A stretch of DNA of 64,000 nt from the human T2T-CHM13v2.0 reference genome, Homo sapiens, in assembly GCF_009914755.1 (NCBI RefSeq), contig NC_060930.1. One strand, given 5' to 3'. Both the position numbers and the translations under genes were made by a program. A model generated the notes under the pieces. That model was not told the DNA's origin. It searched no databases and saw only the letters and a program-made list of their open reading frames with translations. This document shows, piece after piece, positions 34,273 through 50,738 of the stretch; the first letter of the stretch is position 1, and the number at the start of each line of letters is the position of its first letter.

Positions 34273-34794
34273 ACCCTCACTCCTGCCTTCTGGACCCACT
34301 CAGCCTGCCCTTCCCACGCTGTGCATCCTGTGTTACTTCTCACCACTTGCCCACAGTCCCCTTCCCCCACATCAGCCCTCTCCATCCCCTGACCACCCCC
34401 AGCACTCAGGGGCCTCCAGGCATTTCCTTTGTCTCTTTGGTCCACTTTGAAGTCACACATTCCACTCCAACGACCGAAATCCCCACGCTTCCTTTCAGGC
34501 CCAGTCTAAGACAGAGCTCCACAAAGCCCTCCTGACTGGCACCGTCCCAAAGGATGCCTTCCCCTCACTTAGCGCCCCCTCGGCCCTACTGCAGAGCCTC
34601 TTCCACACCTGCAAATACTTGCCTGTGGCTCATCTTGGTTTCCCGTGTGTCTGTGTGTCTGGAGAACACTCCAGGGACAGTGTGAGCTCTCTGAGGACAG
34701 GGATTCCTTCCTGAACAACGGACAAGCACCCCTCCCTGAGTGTCTGTGTGTTTCCAGCTCTGGGGAACCCAAGTCATGGTCTCTGTCCACAAGA

Positions 34795-35380
34795 AGCTTT
34801 TATTTATAGTGTTAAAATATACATAACATAAAATGTACCATTTTAACCATGTTTAAGGGTATAGTTCTGTGATGTAAGTAATTCACATTGTTGTGCAATC
34901 ACTGTACAGCATTCATCTCCAGGGATTTTTTTATCTTCCCAAACTGAAACTCTGCACCCATTAACCAATAATTCCCTATTCTTTCTTCCCCAGCCCCTGG
35001 CAACCAGCATTTTATTTTCTGTCTGTATGAATTTTACTATTCTAAGTACCTAAACAAGTGGAATCATACAGTATTTGTCCTTTTGTGACTGGTTTATTTC
35101 ACTTAGCATAATGTCAAGGTCCATGCTGTAGCAGGTGTCAGGATTTCCTCCCTTTTCAAGGCTGGATCATATTCTGTTGTATGGATACATCCCATTTTGT
35201 TTAGCCGTTCATCTGTTGATGGAGACTTGCGTGGTTTCCACCCTTTCCTATTGTGAATAACAACGCTATGCACATAGGCATAAAGTATCTGTTAGAGTCT
35301 CTGCTTCCAATTCTTCGGGGTATATACTTAGAAGTGTAATGCTGGATCATATAGTAATTCAGTGATTAACTTTTCGAAAC
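34795..35380 (-). mobile_element. L1MB 3' end
   Basis: aaatatacataacataaaatgtacc...tgtccttttgtgactgg...gctggatcatat. Confidence 0.85.
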
Positions 35381-36300
35381 CAAGAAGCTTCTAACAAACT
35401 CAGAAGACAGAACCAATACACACAAGACCATCTGAGACCAAAGAGCAGAAGGAGCTTTCTGCTGAGGCCAGAACCTGCAAAGCCTGACTCCACCACCAGG
35501 GATGACCTTGACTCATACCTTAAACCTCACTGGGCTACCTATAAAAGTGAGGTCTAAGTAATACGCCCTCTTTTCCTATTCTAAGATGTACATTGCCTTC
35601 ACTTTTAGTAGCTCTAAAATCAGCATTGGTTATTTTAATTTCAGCATGTTTTTCCTTAATAGAATGTAAAAGGATAGTGCATTCTGCTCATAACTGGCGG
35701 AGCCTTAGACTCCAAACACAGCACCATGGAGGCAAAAACAGATAATAGAATAAGCACTCACCACTTTAATTTTCCTTTATTCAGTTGTGTGGTAATGACT
35801 ATACGAATGCAATTAAAGTCAAGAAAAGATCACCACCACAGCATAACCTACCCTGAACAGACATTTCACCAAAGAAGAGATTGCAAATATGCAATGAAAA
35901 GTTGCTCAACTTCATTAGCCATTAGGAAAATGCAAATTAAAGCCACAATGAGATATCTGACACATCACTACACACCTATCAGAACAGCTAGAACAAAAAA
36001 ATAGTGATGGTTCCAAACACTGGCAAGAAGGCAGACATATTGCATCTCTCAGACATTGCATGTGGGGAGGCAAAGTGGTACAGACACTCTGAAGAACAGT
36101 TTTGCAGTTTCTTATGAAACTAAACATATACTTGTCACGTGGTGCAGAGCTTGCCCCTCAGCATTTATCCCAGAGAAGCGGAAACTCGTGTCCATGCAAA
36201 AACCCACACACAAATATTTGTAGAAGCTTTATTTCCAACAATCAAAACCTGAAAATCATCCAAATGTCCTTGGGAGACTGCATGGTTAAACTGTGGCATA

Positions 36301-36371
36301 TGACTGCTCAGTAGTATGCCATGGTGTGGATATGCCACAGTTTAACACCATGGCATACTACTGAGCAGTCA
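36301..36371. repeat. Perfect inverted repeat: 27-bp stem, 17-nt loop
   Basis: 36301-36327 is the exact reverse complement of 36345-36371. Confidence 0.97.
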
Positions 36372-36570
36372 GAAGGAACACAGTGCTGAGGCTTTATGCT
36401 GAGTGAAAAAAGCCAATCTCAGAAGGTTCCATACTATATGATCCCAGTCATATAACATTCTTGAAATGACATCATTATAGAGATGGAGAAAAATTAGTGT
36501 TTGCCAGGGGATGGGGATCCAGGGGGGAATGTGTGTGTGTAGTGGCATGTGACTGTAAAAAGGCAGCGTG

Positions 36571-37146
36571 CCCAGTAATTCCATTACTGGGTGTATACCC
36601 AAAAGATTATACATCATTCTACTATAAAGACACATGCAAGTGTATGTTTACTGCAGCACTATTTACAATAGCAAAGACTTGGAACCAACCCAAATGCCCA
36701 TCAGTGATAGACTGGATAAAGAAAATGTGGCACATATACACCATAGGATACTATGCAACCATAAAAAAGAATGAGTTCATGTCCTTTGCAGGGACATGGA
36801 TGAAGCTGGAAACCATCATTCTCAGCAAACTAACACAGGAACAGAAAACCAAACATTGCATGTTCTCACTCATAAGTCGGAGTTGAATAATGAGAACACA
36901 TGGACACAGGGAGGGGAACATCACACACCAGGGCCTGTTGGGGGGTTGGGGTGAGGGGAGGGAGATCATTAGGACAAATACCTAATGCATGTGGGACTTA
37001 AAACCTAGATGATGAGTTGATAGGTGCAGCAAACCATCATGGCACATGTATACCTATGCAACAAACCTGCACGTTCTGCACATGAATCCCAGAACTTAAA
37101 GTAAAATTTAAAAAAAAATTCCACACACACACACACACACACAAAG
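36571..37146 (+). mobile_element. L1PA 3' end with A/(CA)n tail
   Basis: ggaaccaacccaaatgccc...ggatgaagctggaaacc...cccagaacttaaagta; TSD aaagg(c/t)ag(c/t)gtg. Confidence 0.92.
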
Positions 37147-39065
37147 AAAGGTAGTGTGAGAGTGACGTTGTGCAGATAGAACGGTTGGGATTTGGGTTGT
37201 GGTAGAAACTGCACATGGGACAAGATTGCATGGAACTATACACACACACACACACACGAATGAGTGCAGGTGAAAACTGGGGACTCTGCCTAAGGTCTGT
37301 AGACCAGTCAGCAGTACTATACTCATGTCTATTTCCTGGCTCTGTACAATCGTCATGTAAGCTGTTACTTTTGGGGGAAAGTTGGGGAAGGGTACACAGG
37401 CCTTTGATTTTTGAAACTTCCTGTGGACCTATCATTATTCCAAAATAAAAAGTTTAAAGTTTTTTTCTGAAAGAAAAATCTAGAAATTAATTGGCTAGAT
37501 ATTAAAGACTCTGTAAAGTATCAAGATCTTTTGAGTCAGCAATGATATCCTGAGAAGGGCCTCTCCGCCAAGGTTTTAGAGGAGAGGCCACCCTTCATGT
37601 GAGCTCATCAACTCCTGCTCAGCTGCGGGTCATCAATGCCCACTCTGGGCTGCTCCAAAGTCTTCCCACTGGAAATGGGAACTTTTTACCTCCCAATTCT
37701 AATATTAGTCGGAATTGTGAATAGGCCTTGGGAGGCTGAGGAGGAAAGAAAGGCAACACCTGGAGATATGGGGATAGGTATATGCCTGTGTGCATGTGTA
37801 TGCGTGTGTGTGTACATGCGCACATGCATCCATGTGTGCAGGTTATGGGGGCGGGGGTTGCTTCAAATAACATTTCCAGCTGTTTATTTTCCCTAGAGTT
37901 GGCTCCAGGTAGATCACAGTGCTGCTTGGGCTTACCCAAGATTCCAGGTCCACTCCCTTCCATCTAACTTAGTTTTGTTCCAAAGCTACGGAATGTCCTC
38001 TCACCCACTGGCCTTAAAGGGGTCTAAAATGGAGTAAAAGTGGATCCATACTAGTCTTTGATAACCCATAGTCTAGGTGTGTGCATTCTCATAGGGGAGG
38101 ATTCCTGGTAAGTTGGAAAGTTGGGTTTCAGAGTCACATTGAACCAGACTTGAATTCTGCCCCTTACACCCATAACTGTGGGACCAAGAGCATGTGATAT
38201 AATTTTCCCCCCTGGAGCGTTAGAACAGTTGTAATCATAGCTCATATTTCTCCAGCTTCTTCTGTGTGTCAGGCACTGTGCAAAGTGCTCACCTACCTTG
38301 GAATTTTCTTGGAGAACTAAATGAGCTTATGAGTCTTAAATTGCCTGGCCAAATACCTATATCAAGAAGATAATTGATAAACTGTGCACTTAACTAATTA
38401 TTATTCCTATTATCATAGTGTCCAAGAGGAAAAAGAAACACACTTCTCCAAGAGTACAAAGAACTCTGAAAATCGCACCAAATGCTCATTTTCAAATGTT
38501 GAAACAAGGCTAATTCTGCTATGTGATTTCTATTCATTAAGTGTGCCCTGCACTAGACATTAGTCACGATCCCTGAAAATTTCAGCATAAAGAATCCATG
38601 TGTCTGCTGGCACGCACGTATCTTGAAGTTGGATTTCTCCTCAAAATACTGTAAAGATTAAGTGCTCCCCTTAGCGTTCGCAACTTGGAAAACACAGCTA
38701 TTTCCTTTCGTCTAACTATGCGACGATGCATCAGCCAAAGTAAATACAAAGAAAGTAGTTAGGCAAGAATGCAAGGAACATCAATGAGATGTAGTCTTGA
38801 AATAAATTAAATTCCTCAAGAAGCGTTTGGCTGAATTGTGGGGTAAAATGTAAAACACGACCTGACTTTGATGTATAATCCTTGACATAAGAGAGGTAAT
38901 GATTTGGAGGAATTTTGTAACAGATGGCTGTTAAATCAGGATTTTAATCCTCTTAAGCAGATTTAGTAAATATAAAGCCTGGGTGGGCTGACTTCTACAC
39001 GCGAACTTTTTGTCCTTGCTTTTAACCTGAGGTTTCTGCTTCAAACATTGAGGGTAGTGTTTTGG

Positions 39066-39737
39066 TCATGGTGGTGATGGTGGTGATGGTAGTGGTGGTG
39101 TTGGTGATGGTGGTGATATTGGTGATGATAGTGGTGATGGTGGTGGTGGTGGTGACATTGGTGGTGATGGTGGTGATTGTAACGATGGTGGTAATGGTGG
39201 TGGTGATAGTGATGATGGTGGTATTGTGATGTGGTGGTGGTGATGGTGGTGGTGGTGGTGATATTGGTGATAATAGTGGTGATATTGGTGATGATAGTGG
39301 TGACGGTGGTGTGGTGGTGGTGATGACAGTGGTGGTGATGGTGGTGACTGTAACAATGGTGGTAATGGTGGTGGTGATAGTGATGATGTATTGTAATGTG
39401 GTGGTGATGGTATTGTGGTGGTAGTGGTGATGATAGTGGTGATGATAGTGATGGTGCTAATGGTGCTAATAGTTACGGTGGTGGTGGTGGTGAAGGTAGT
39501 ATTGTGGTGATGGTGATGATGGTGATGACAGTGTTGTCATAGTGGTGGTAGAGATGGTGATGGTAGTGGTGATAGTAGTGATGGTGATGGTGATGGGCAA
39601 TGGTGACGGTTGTAGTGGTGTTTGTGGCAGTGGTGGTGGTGCTAGCAGTTATGATGTTGGTGGTGGCAGTGGTTGTGGTGAAGGTGGTATTGTGGTGGTG
39701 ATAGTCATGATGGCGCAGGTGGAGGTAGTGGTGGTGT
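39066..39737 (+). repeat. Degenerate (TGG/TGA)n low-complexity repeat
   Basis: ~670 bp of ggt/gat triplets. Confidence 0.95.
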
Positions 39738-41407
39738 GCATCCACATATTAGTTACACTACGTCCCTTGGAATGAGACCAGCATGCCTAATCCCCATTAC
39801 AGAGGACACTAATAGACAACTACATAGAGTGTCAAGTTACACAGACAGAATCCAGAGCCTTTCAAGCAGATCTTCTCTCTCAAATATTATATCCTTTCCC
39901 TACCTCTCCTGCCTTCTTCCCTCAAACTCTTAGTCTTTGAATTACCACATTCAATTTTGTATTTCAGTTTTTATGAAACTCAGCACATGTTTTCAAAGCC
40001 AGTTGTGGCTAACTTGACTCAGGCTTGACTATTTCCCAATCTGGAGAGAAAGAAGATAAATGGCACTATCACATAAAAGACTGTTTTCCAGGAGTTACGT
40101 GTCACTTTCCCCTGCAAAGGAGCAGGCGTGGTCTTTTGGGAGAATGTTTGACATCAAACACATCTGTTTGAAGTTATTTTGAACACAGAGGTTCCAAACC
40201 CTAAGTAAAATGGAAAAACTATTTTGTGTGGTTTTCAAAGCAAGTAAAGTGGCCAAAAGCACTTATGTTTCTTAAGCCCCAGAACAACCACTAGGGCCCT
40301 CAATCTTTCATTGAGTCTTTTCCAAATCAGTTACTTCTGGAATTTGGTCTCTTTAGTCTTCCTCAGCTTTTCTCTCGGTGTAGTTGGAGGTCTATGAAGT
40401 CATCCCAAACCTCTGCACCCAACTAAACTTATTGGTAAGTCCATGCCTCCTAATTTGTTTTTTAAGTTGCATTTTAGGCCTTTAGGCTCAAAGAAAAAAT
40501 ACCTGGAAAGCAGGTAAGTCTCAGAAATTCATTAAGCAGCCTAAAAAAAAGCAATTCAAATGAGCTTCATTTCTGAGCTGAGGTTGTCATTAACCAATGT
40601 TAATTCTTAAAAAAAATATAAATTCCAATAGTTCAAAGTGTATGTTTATTGAAGTTCAAGGATCAAATGCTTAAAAGAGACTTTGAACTACAACTGGTTA
40701 TCCTGTTCCATTTTTAGGAAAGACAAAAAAAAAAAAACAAAAAACAGAAGAAAATTAGCTAATGTTGGGGATTTTGTGAAAGGAATTTGCAAGAAAATAA
40801 AAAAAGAATCTTTCAGGGACTTTTCTGAAGTCTGTACATGATAAGCCCAATCCCTTGTGCCTTCTGTTCCTCCCTTATCGGTGCTTTAACAAGAGAGCTG
40901 CTGCTCCAAACAGGAATCACTGAGGTCTCACAAAACCTTCAACTGCGAAAAGCAATGTCTATTACTATGTAGCAAATCCATCTTCACTCATTCATTTAAT
41001 AAATGACTATTGAACGCCTACTGTGTTCTAGGGCTAGGGTTGGGATAGAATGGCCCTTTTCTTCATGGGGCTGGGTCCCAGGGAGGTTCTGGTAGGCTCT
41101 TTCTTCTGCCTTGAGGTCGGTCCTGAGCTGCTTACTGGGCAGCTCCACCTGGTACTGCAAACTCAGCCTGCTGAAAGCTGGAATCATTACCTCCTACATG
41201 TGCCTCTGCCTTTGTCTTGGATGTAACAGGAACTCATTAGAAGTAGCTTCAGAAAAATATGGGCTACCACAAGGATACAGAGGGAGCCCCGCAGAACCCA
41301 AGGACAAGAAGTATAGTCACGCCCCATAAGGGATGAGAAGCAGGAAATGGAAATCCTCTACAACCAGGGCAGTCAGCTCTCCCACACCAATCTCTGGCAT
41401 CCCATAG

Positions 41408-42170
<763 letters not shown>

Positions 42171-42879
42171 GTCTCAGTTTGTCTCTGACTCTCTCTGTGT
42201 GTCTGTCTGTCTCTCTCTGGGCCATTTTTCTGTGCTTCTCAATGCAGAGGGCAAAAGACAGCTTCTACTCAGTTCCCAAAATTTGTGTCCTCCCAGTTCA
42301 AGCTCTGACTAAGACTTAGTGACTCCAGTTTCAATTCCAAATTCTTAGGAGAGTAATCATACTGGCATAGTCCAGCCCTGGAGCTATGGAGCACTGCTCA
42401 GCTATGTGACCTTAATCAGAAGGGTCACAGCCTGGTACAAACACAGCCACAGGGGTCTATCCACATGGCTAGGGCATGAGAGTGCTGAGGAGTGGCTTTA
42501 TAGAAAAACCACCCAAATTCTTTGATACAGAAGAGCTTTGGAAACATCACAGCAGCCTACCTTCCCAGCCTCCCTCTGCATTCCCTGACCTGATGCTAAT
42601 CTTCTGGCCACTCTGAGAAAAGTCACATGCTCCCATCACTCCTAACATGGTCCCACTCACCCATCTTCTGAGCCCCTGGTGAGCACAGAGAATGTGAGAA
42701 GCTGAGCCAAATCAAAGTCCTTTAGCAAGGATTGAAAGGAGGACCAGCTTTTGTGCAGGACCCAACAATGTCTGTGACTCTGTGTGATATACCATTAAAT
42801 ATTACTGCAGCCTGAAACTGCTCAGAAATGTTATCTTTAAATCATTTTACGCAATTGCATGGATTGGTGTGCGACAAGG

Positions 42880-43400
42880 CCTTGAAAAGCTGATGTGTGC
42901 ATTAATAGGAGTTTTCATCAGGTGGATGTTAGAAGTTGGGGAGGGGTATTCCAGGCCCATGGGACAGTACGTGCAAAGGTACAGAGACTTAAAACAGAAA
43001 AGCACATTCAAGGAAAATTTCAAACACTATAAGTAAACATGCATGCCTGGGGTAAAGAATTCAAGTGGAGAGCAGAGGTGGAAGCGGCCAGAGACGTAGG
43101 CAGGGCTAAATCCCAAAAGCCTTTGGGCACTCTCCTAAGCAATTGAGACTTCATCCTCTGGGCATAAGAGTGTCATGTAGGATGAGCATTTTAGAAAAAT
43201 GACACTGGTTGTGCTGTGGAAGAGAAGCATGTCTGGAGGCTGGACGATGAGTGAGGAAGGTCGGAGGTAAGAGGATGAGGAATGCAGGTAGAGGAACAGA
43301 CAGATTTGAGGGCTGTCTAGTAGATGGAAGTGACAGAACTTGATGCTGGCTGAAACAGAATGACCTGTAGCTGTCTGACATGGGAAGCAGATGTTTTTAC
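42880..43400. mobile_element. L2 fragment
   Basis: ggggtattccaggc...tgcaaaggtacagag...gactttcatcct-like L2 motifs. Confidence 0.55.
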
Positions 43401-43956
43401 AAAAGGAGAAGTGAGATTTTGTTTTAACCTATTTTTATTCTAATAAATTGGACTAAAAGCACTGGTTTGAGCCTGTGCTCCAGTGAAAGATTTCATCATG
43501 ACTGGTAGAGTTGGCCTTAACATCACTGGACTCGACACAAAACTCTTGAAAAAACTGTGAAGTTTAACTCTCAATGTCGCCAATGTCACCTTCCTGTTTT
43601 GTGCTATTCTTACCGTGAGGAGGCACCTATACAATCAGCCAATTACTATTTTTTGAGCATTTACTGTGTTCCCACATCTTACAGTATGGCACTTAACACA
43701 CAAAATGAAGTCTCTCGGGTTGGGAATTGTGGTAGAACATCTGCAAAGACGGTAGCCAAAAGGTCCCCCTGTCTCTGAATGCACATACATGTCTCCCATC
43801 AAGAGGCGGAGCCTATTTTCCCCTTCTGAGATTATGGCATTATGACTCATTATGACCAAGAGAATGCAGTAGCCATGACAGGTGAGAGTGCTAGGGCCTA
43901 GACCTTAAGAGGCACTGCAGCTTCCATGCTTGCTGTCTTGAAGTCCTGAGCTATCA

Positions 43957-44587
<631 letters not shown>

Positions 44588-44599
44588 TCAAAGCTTCGC

Positions 44600-46640
<2,041 letters not shown>

Positions 46641-46939
46641 ATAAAGCTGTTTTTTAAAAACAGGGAAAATGAATGATGAGGAAAAACTTATGAGCCATGA
46701 GTGCTGACTAATGAGTCAGCTCCTGTGAACAGCGTACTGTGAAGCATTAAGCTAGGTATGAATCACAGCAGTGACGATGAGGATGCAGGGCGTGGTGTTT
46801 ACAGAAAATAAGACAAGGAACGGAGTAACTTAAGGTGACCTTGACAGCTGGAGGAATTTGGGTTTGATATAAAGGACACAAAAAGCTTTCAAAAAGTTTT
46901 AATGGTTGTTAAATTCTACAAAGTTTAAAAAACTAGTGC

Positions 46940-47330
46940 CTATTCTGGAAAAGGGAAAGCTATGAAGACAGAAAAAAGATCAGTGGTTGCCAGGATCAAG
47001 GGGAGGGCGGGATGAACAGGCAGATCACCAAGTATTTGTGTGGCAGTGAGACTACTCTGCAAGATGCTACACATCATACGTGTGTCCAACTTACCGATGT
47101 CTAACAAGAGTGAACCCCAACATAAACTCTGAACTCTGGGTGTGAACAGTGTTTCAATGTAGGGTCACCCGATTGTAACAGATGTACCGCTGTCCTGGGG
47201 GATGTCTATAGTGAGGGAGGCTGTGCGTGTGTGGGAACAGGCAGTGTATGGGAACTTTCTATGCCTGCCACTCAATTGTGTTGTGAACCTAAAACTGCCC
47301 TAAAAAAAATAAGGTTTATTTAAAAAATAA
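46940..47330 (+). mobile_element. L1MC 3' end
   Basis: agatcagtggttgccagg...gtgaacctaaaactgccctaaaaa. Confidence 0.8.
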
Positions 47331-48554
47331 AATATAGGTGAAATAAATACCTAAATCTCACTGTTGTCATCCTGCTCCTGAATGGTAGTCACCAGAATTA
47401 TGTGAGGTCATTGTCATGTTCTCACTTGCAGAAGCAGACAGTCTTTGTGGTTATTATCTGGGATTAGTCTTCACTCTGACTTCCTCACCTACTGCACACA
47501 GCATCAACCTAGTCCATGGGTGCACAGGGAAATCCCAAGCCTGTAGATGGTCTTGAGAACTCAAGAAGTGTCTAGGCCTACAAATAGCCCACCATTAATA
47601 CGTCTCCCCATAGGCCTGCCCAGAATCCTTCCTTGCTCCCAGATCAGACCCTTGGTTCTCACAGATAGTGAGCTGGACTGGCCGAAGCCAGAAAAATACA
47701 GCCATTTTGGAGCCACGGTATTGAGACAGCTATCGACAAGGAAAAGTTAAATTACTCTACTTAGCTTGCTTGTTTGTTTATGAAATTACTGTGTAAAAAT
47801 ATGCATTCTTGAGAACAGAATTTATGTTTTGTTCTCCCAGCATTTTTATAAAATCTCCACTGCAAGCAGGTCAGCAAGACTGTGGGGAGGTTTGCATCAC
47901 AAAGCCGCACGGGGTCACCCCAAGCCCATTTCTCACCTATCTTTGTGAAGGCCTACTCCAGAGACCCCTTTATTACAGGGCTGGCCTGGGACAAAGGAGG
48001 GAAGCACTTGGAAAGCTCTGTCCTTAGGGTCAGTGGCTATGCCACACCCACCAGCCAATGGGCCCATCAGGAGGGAAGACAGTGCAGGGATTCCAAGCTG
48101 TCTCTCATCTGGCTGCTGGTTCGTGGTTTATCTTCCAGTGCAGGCATAGATTTTAATTAAAGTAAAAGCTAAGTTTGTTGTGAGCTAGCCAAAGCATGTT
48201 GATGAGCTGCATTCAGTGCTGGAGTCGGGTGTGTGACCTCTGGCCTGGACTTGTTGAGGAGATTGTGTGCTGTGTTCTGGGAGGGCAGGGGAGAGAGGAC
48301 AAGGGGCCCAGCACTGAGAAGGGGCCAGGGACTGTGAGGTCCTCCCCATGCCGGTGTTCTGGGATGATGGCAGGCACTCAGGGGCAGGTGAATGACACGT
48401 CTGAGGAGGCCAGGCCTTGAGCACTGTCTCTCAGCCCCTGGAGAGGTGACCATGCTTTGGCAGCAATAGAATTCATGTCCACTGAGAGTAGGACCTCAAG
48501 TGGTGACCAGAATGGCCTCCCGGGTGCTTTGGGACTCAGATCCAGTCCCCTTTG

Positions 48555-49250
48555 CCAAATACTTGGCATACCAATTAGGACGGTTATTATCCAAACAAAA
48601 ACATAAAACACAATATAACAAGTGTGGTGAAGACGTGGGTATTGGAACCCTTGTGCAGGGCCAGTGAGAATGTAAAATGCTGCCGCCACTGTGGAAAACA
48701 GTATGGCAGTTCCTGAAAAAGTTACACTTAGAATGACCATACAACCCAGCAATTCTTCTCCAGATATATACACGGAAGGATGGAAAGCAAGAACTCGAAC
48801 AGATATTTGCACACCCATGTCCATAGCAGCATATTCAACAGATGATGGACACACAAACATGATTAATCCCTACAATGGAATGTTACTCCGCTGTGAAAAG
48901 AAAGGGAGTTCTGACACACGCTACGTGAATGAACCTGGATGGCATGTGCTCAGGGAAATAAGCCAGTCACAGGTGGACAAATAATGTGTGGTTCCACTTA
49001 GGTGAGGTACCTAAAGTAGTCAAAGTCGTAGAAAGTAGAATGGGTATTGCCAGGGGCTGGGGAAGCAGAGAGTGGGGAGTTAGAGTTAGATGGGTACAGA
49101 GTTTCAGTTCAGGAAGATGAAATCGTTCTGGAGGTGGATGGTGGTGGTGGCTGCACAACATTATGGACGTACACTTAAAAGCGGTGAAAATGGTAAACTT
49201 AATTTTATAGATACTTTACCACAATGTAAGAAATAAAAAATATAAAAATG
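48555..49250 (+). mobile_element. L1MB 3' region
   Basis: ccactgtggaaaacagtatggcagttcct...gaaataagccagtcaca...actttaccacaat. Confidence 0.85.
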
Positions 49251-49443
49251 AAAACACATTGCTCACAGCCCCAAGAATGACTGAGATGGATTTTCCACCA
49301 GCTCAGCAGGGGAAGGGCTGAGTTAGACTTGATTTGATTTGAAAGGAAGAGAGAAGAGCAGCCTTTCCTGTCTGAGTTTGCACGGTCAGGTTCACACCTG
49401 TTACAAACCCAAGGCCCCAGTAGCCATGCTGGACGCTGCACCC

Positions 49444-50120
<677 letters not shown>

Positions 50121-50351
50121 CACCGTTTTCAGCACTCCCTTGCCCCATGCCTGAGCCCCTCTCATCCTTACTCCCCAGGGTTGGGGCTGGGTGGGAGGGA
50201 GGCAGGCAGGGAGAGAGGATATCTTTTTCATTCATTACATTAGAATAACTTCTTTTCCATGCTGAAAGCTTAATGATTTGTTTTCTAGGTCACCTCAAAA
50301 TGTCCCCAAGCCATCGCTGGAACTACCCGATGAAGTCATTCTTCCTTACAA

Positions 50352-50738
50352 AGTAGATTCCGTTGCTAGGGCTGCCATAACCAAATGCCGCAGCCTGGGT
50401 GGCTTCAACAGAATTTCATTTCCCCACAGTCCTGGGAGCTGGAAGCCCAAGGTCCAGGTGTGAGCAGGGCTGGTTTCCCCTGAGGCCTCTCTCCTTCGCC
50501 TGCAGGTGGCTTCTTCTCCCTGTGTCTTCACAGGGCTATCCCTTTGTGTCTGTGTCCTCATCTGCTCCTCTAATAAAGACACCAGTCATACTGGGTTAGG
50601 GCCCACCCTAATGACCTCATCTAACCTTATTTATTACCTCTTTAAAGGCGCTATCTTCCAATTCAGCCATTCGGAGGTCTTGGCGGTTGAAACTTCAAGA
50701 CAGGAATTTGGAGTGAGGACACAGTTCATTCCATACAC
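50352..50738 (-). mobile_element. MLT1A/B-like LTR
   Basis: gctagggctgccataac...ttagggcccaccctaatgacctcat. Confidence 0.8.

Larger units (their letters stand above)
35860..37460 (+). mobile_element. L1MC/L1MD 3' region with a nested L1PA
   Basis: acatttcaccaaagaaga...atgcaaattaaagccacaatgaga...caaaataaaaagtt. Confidence 0.82.

Noticed and set aside
33410-34460. 277-aa and 232-aa Ile/Tyr/Leu/Ser-rich ORFs
   Set aside because: Stop-free frames of the (TATC)n simple repeat
36497-36886. 129-aa ORF resembling the L1 ORF2p C-terminus
   Set aside because: A 5'-truncated L1PA remnant with no promoter, endonuclease or RT domain
39066-39775. Poly-His/Pro/Thr and Val/Met/Gly ORFs
   Set aside because: Artefacts of the (TGG)n tract
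40435-40477. GTAAGT...TTTTAG as an intron between two small exons
   Set aside because: 43 nt is below the usual minimum human intron length
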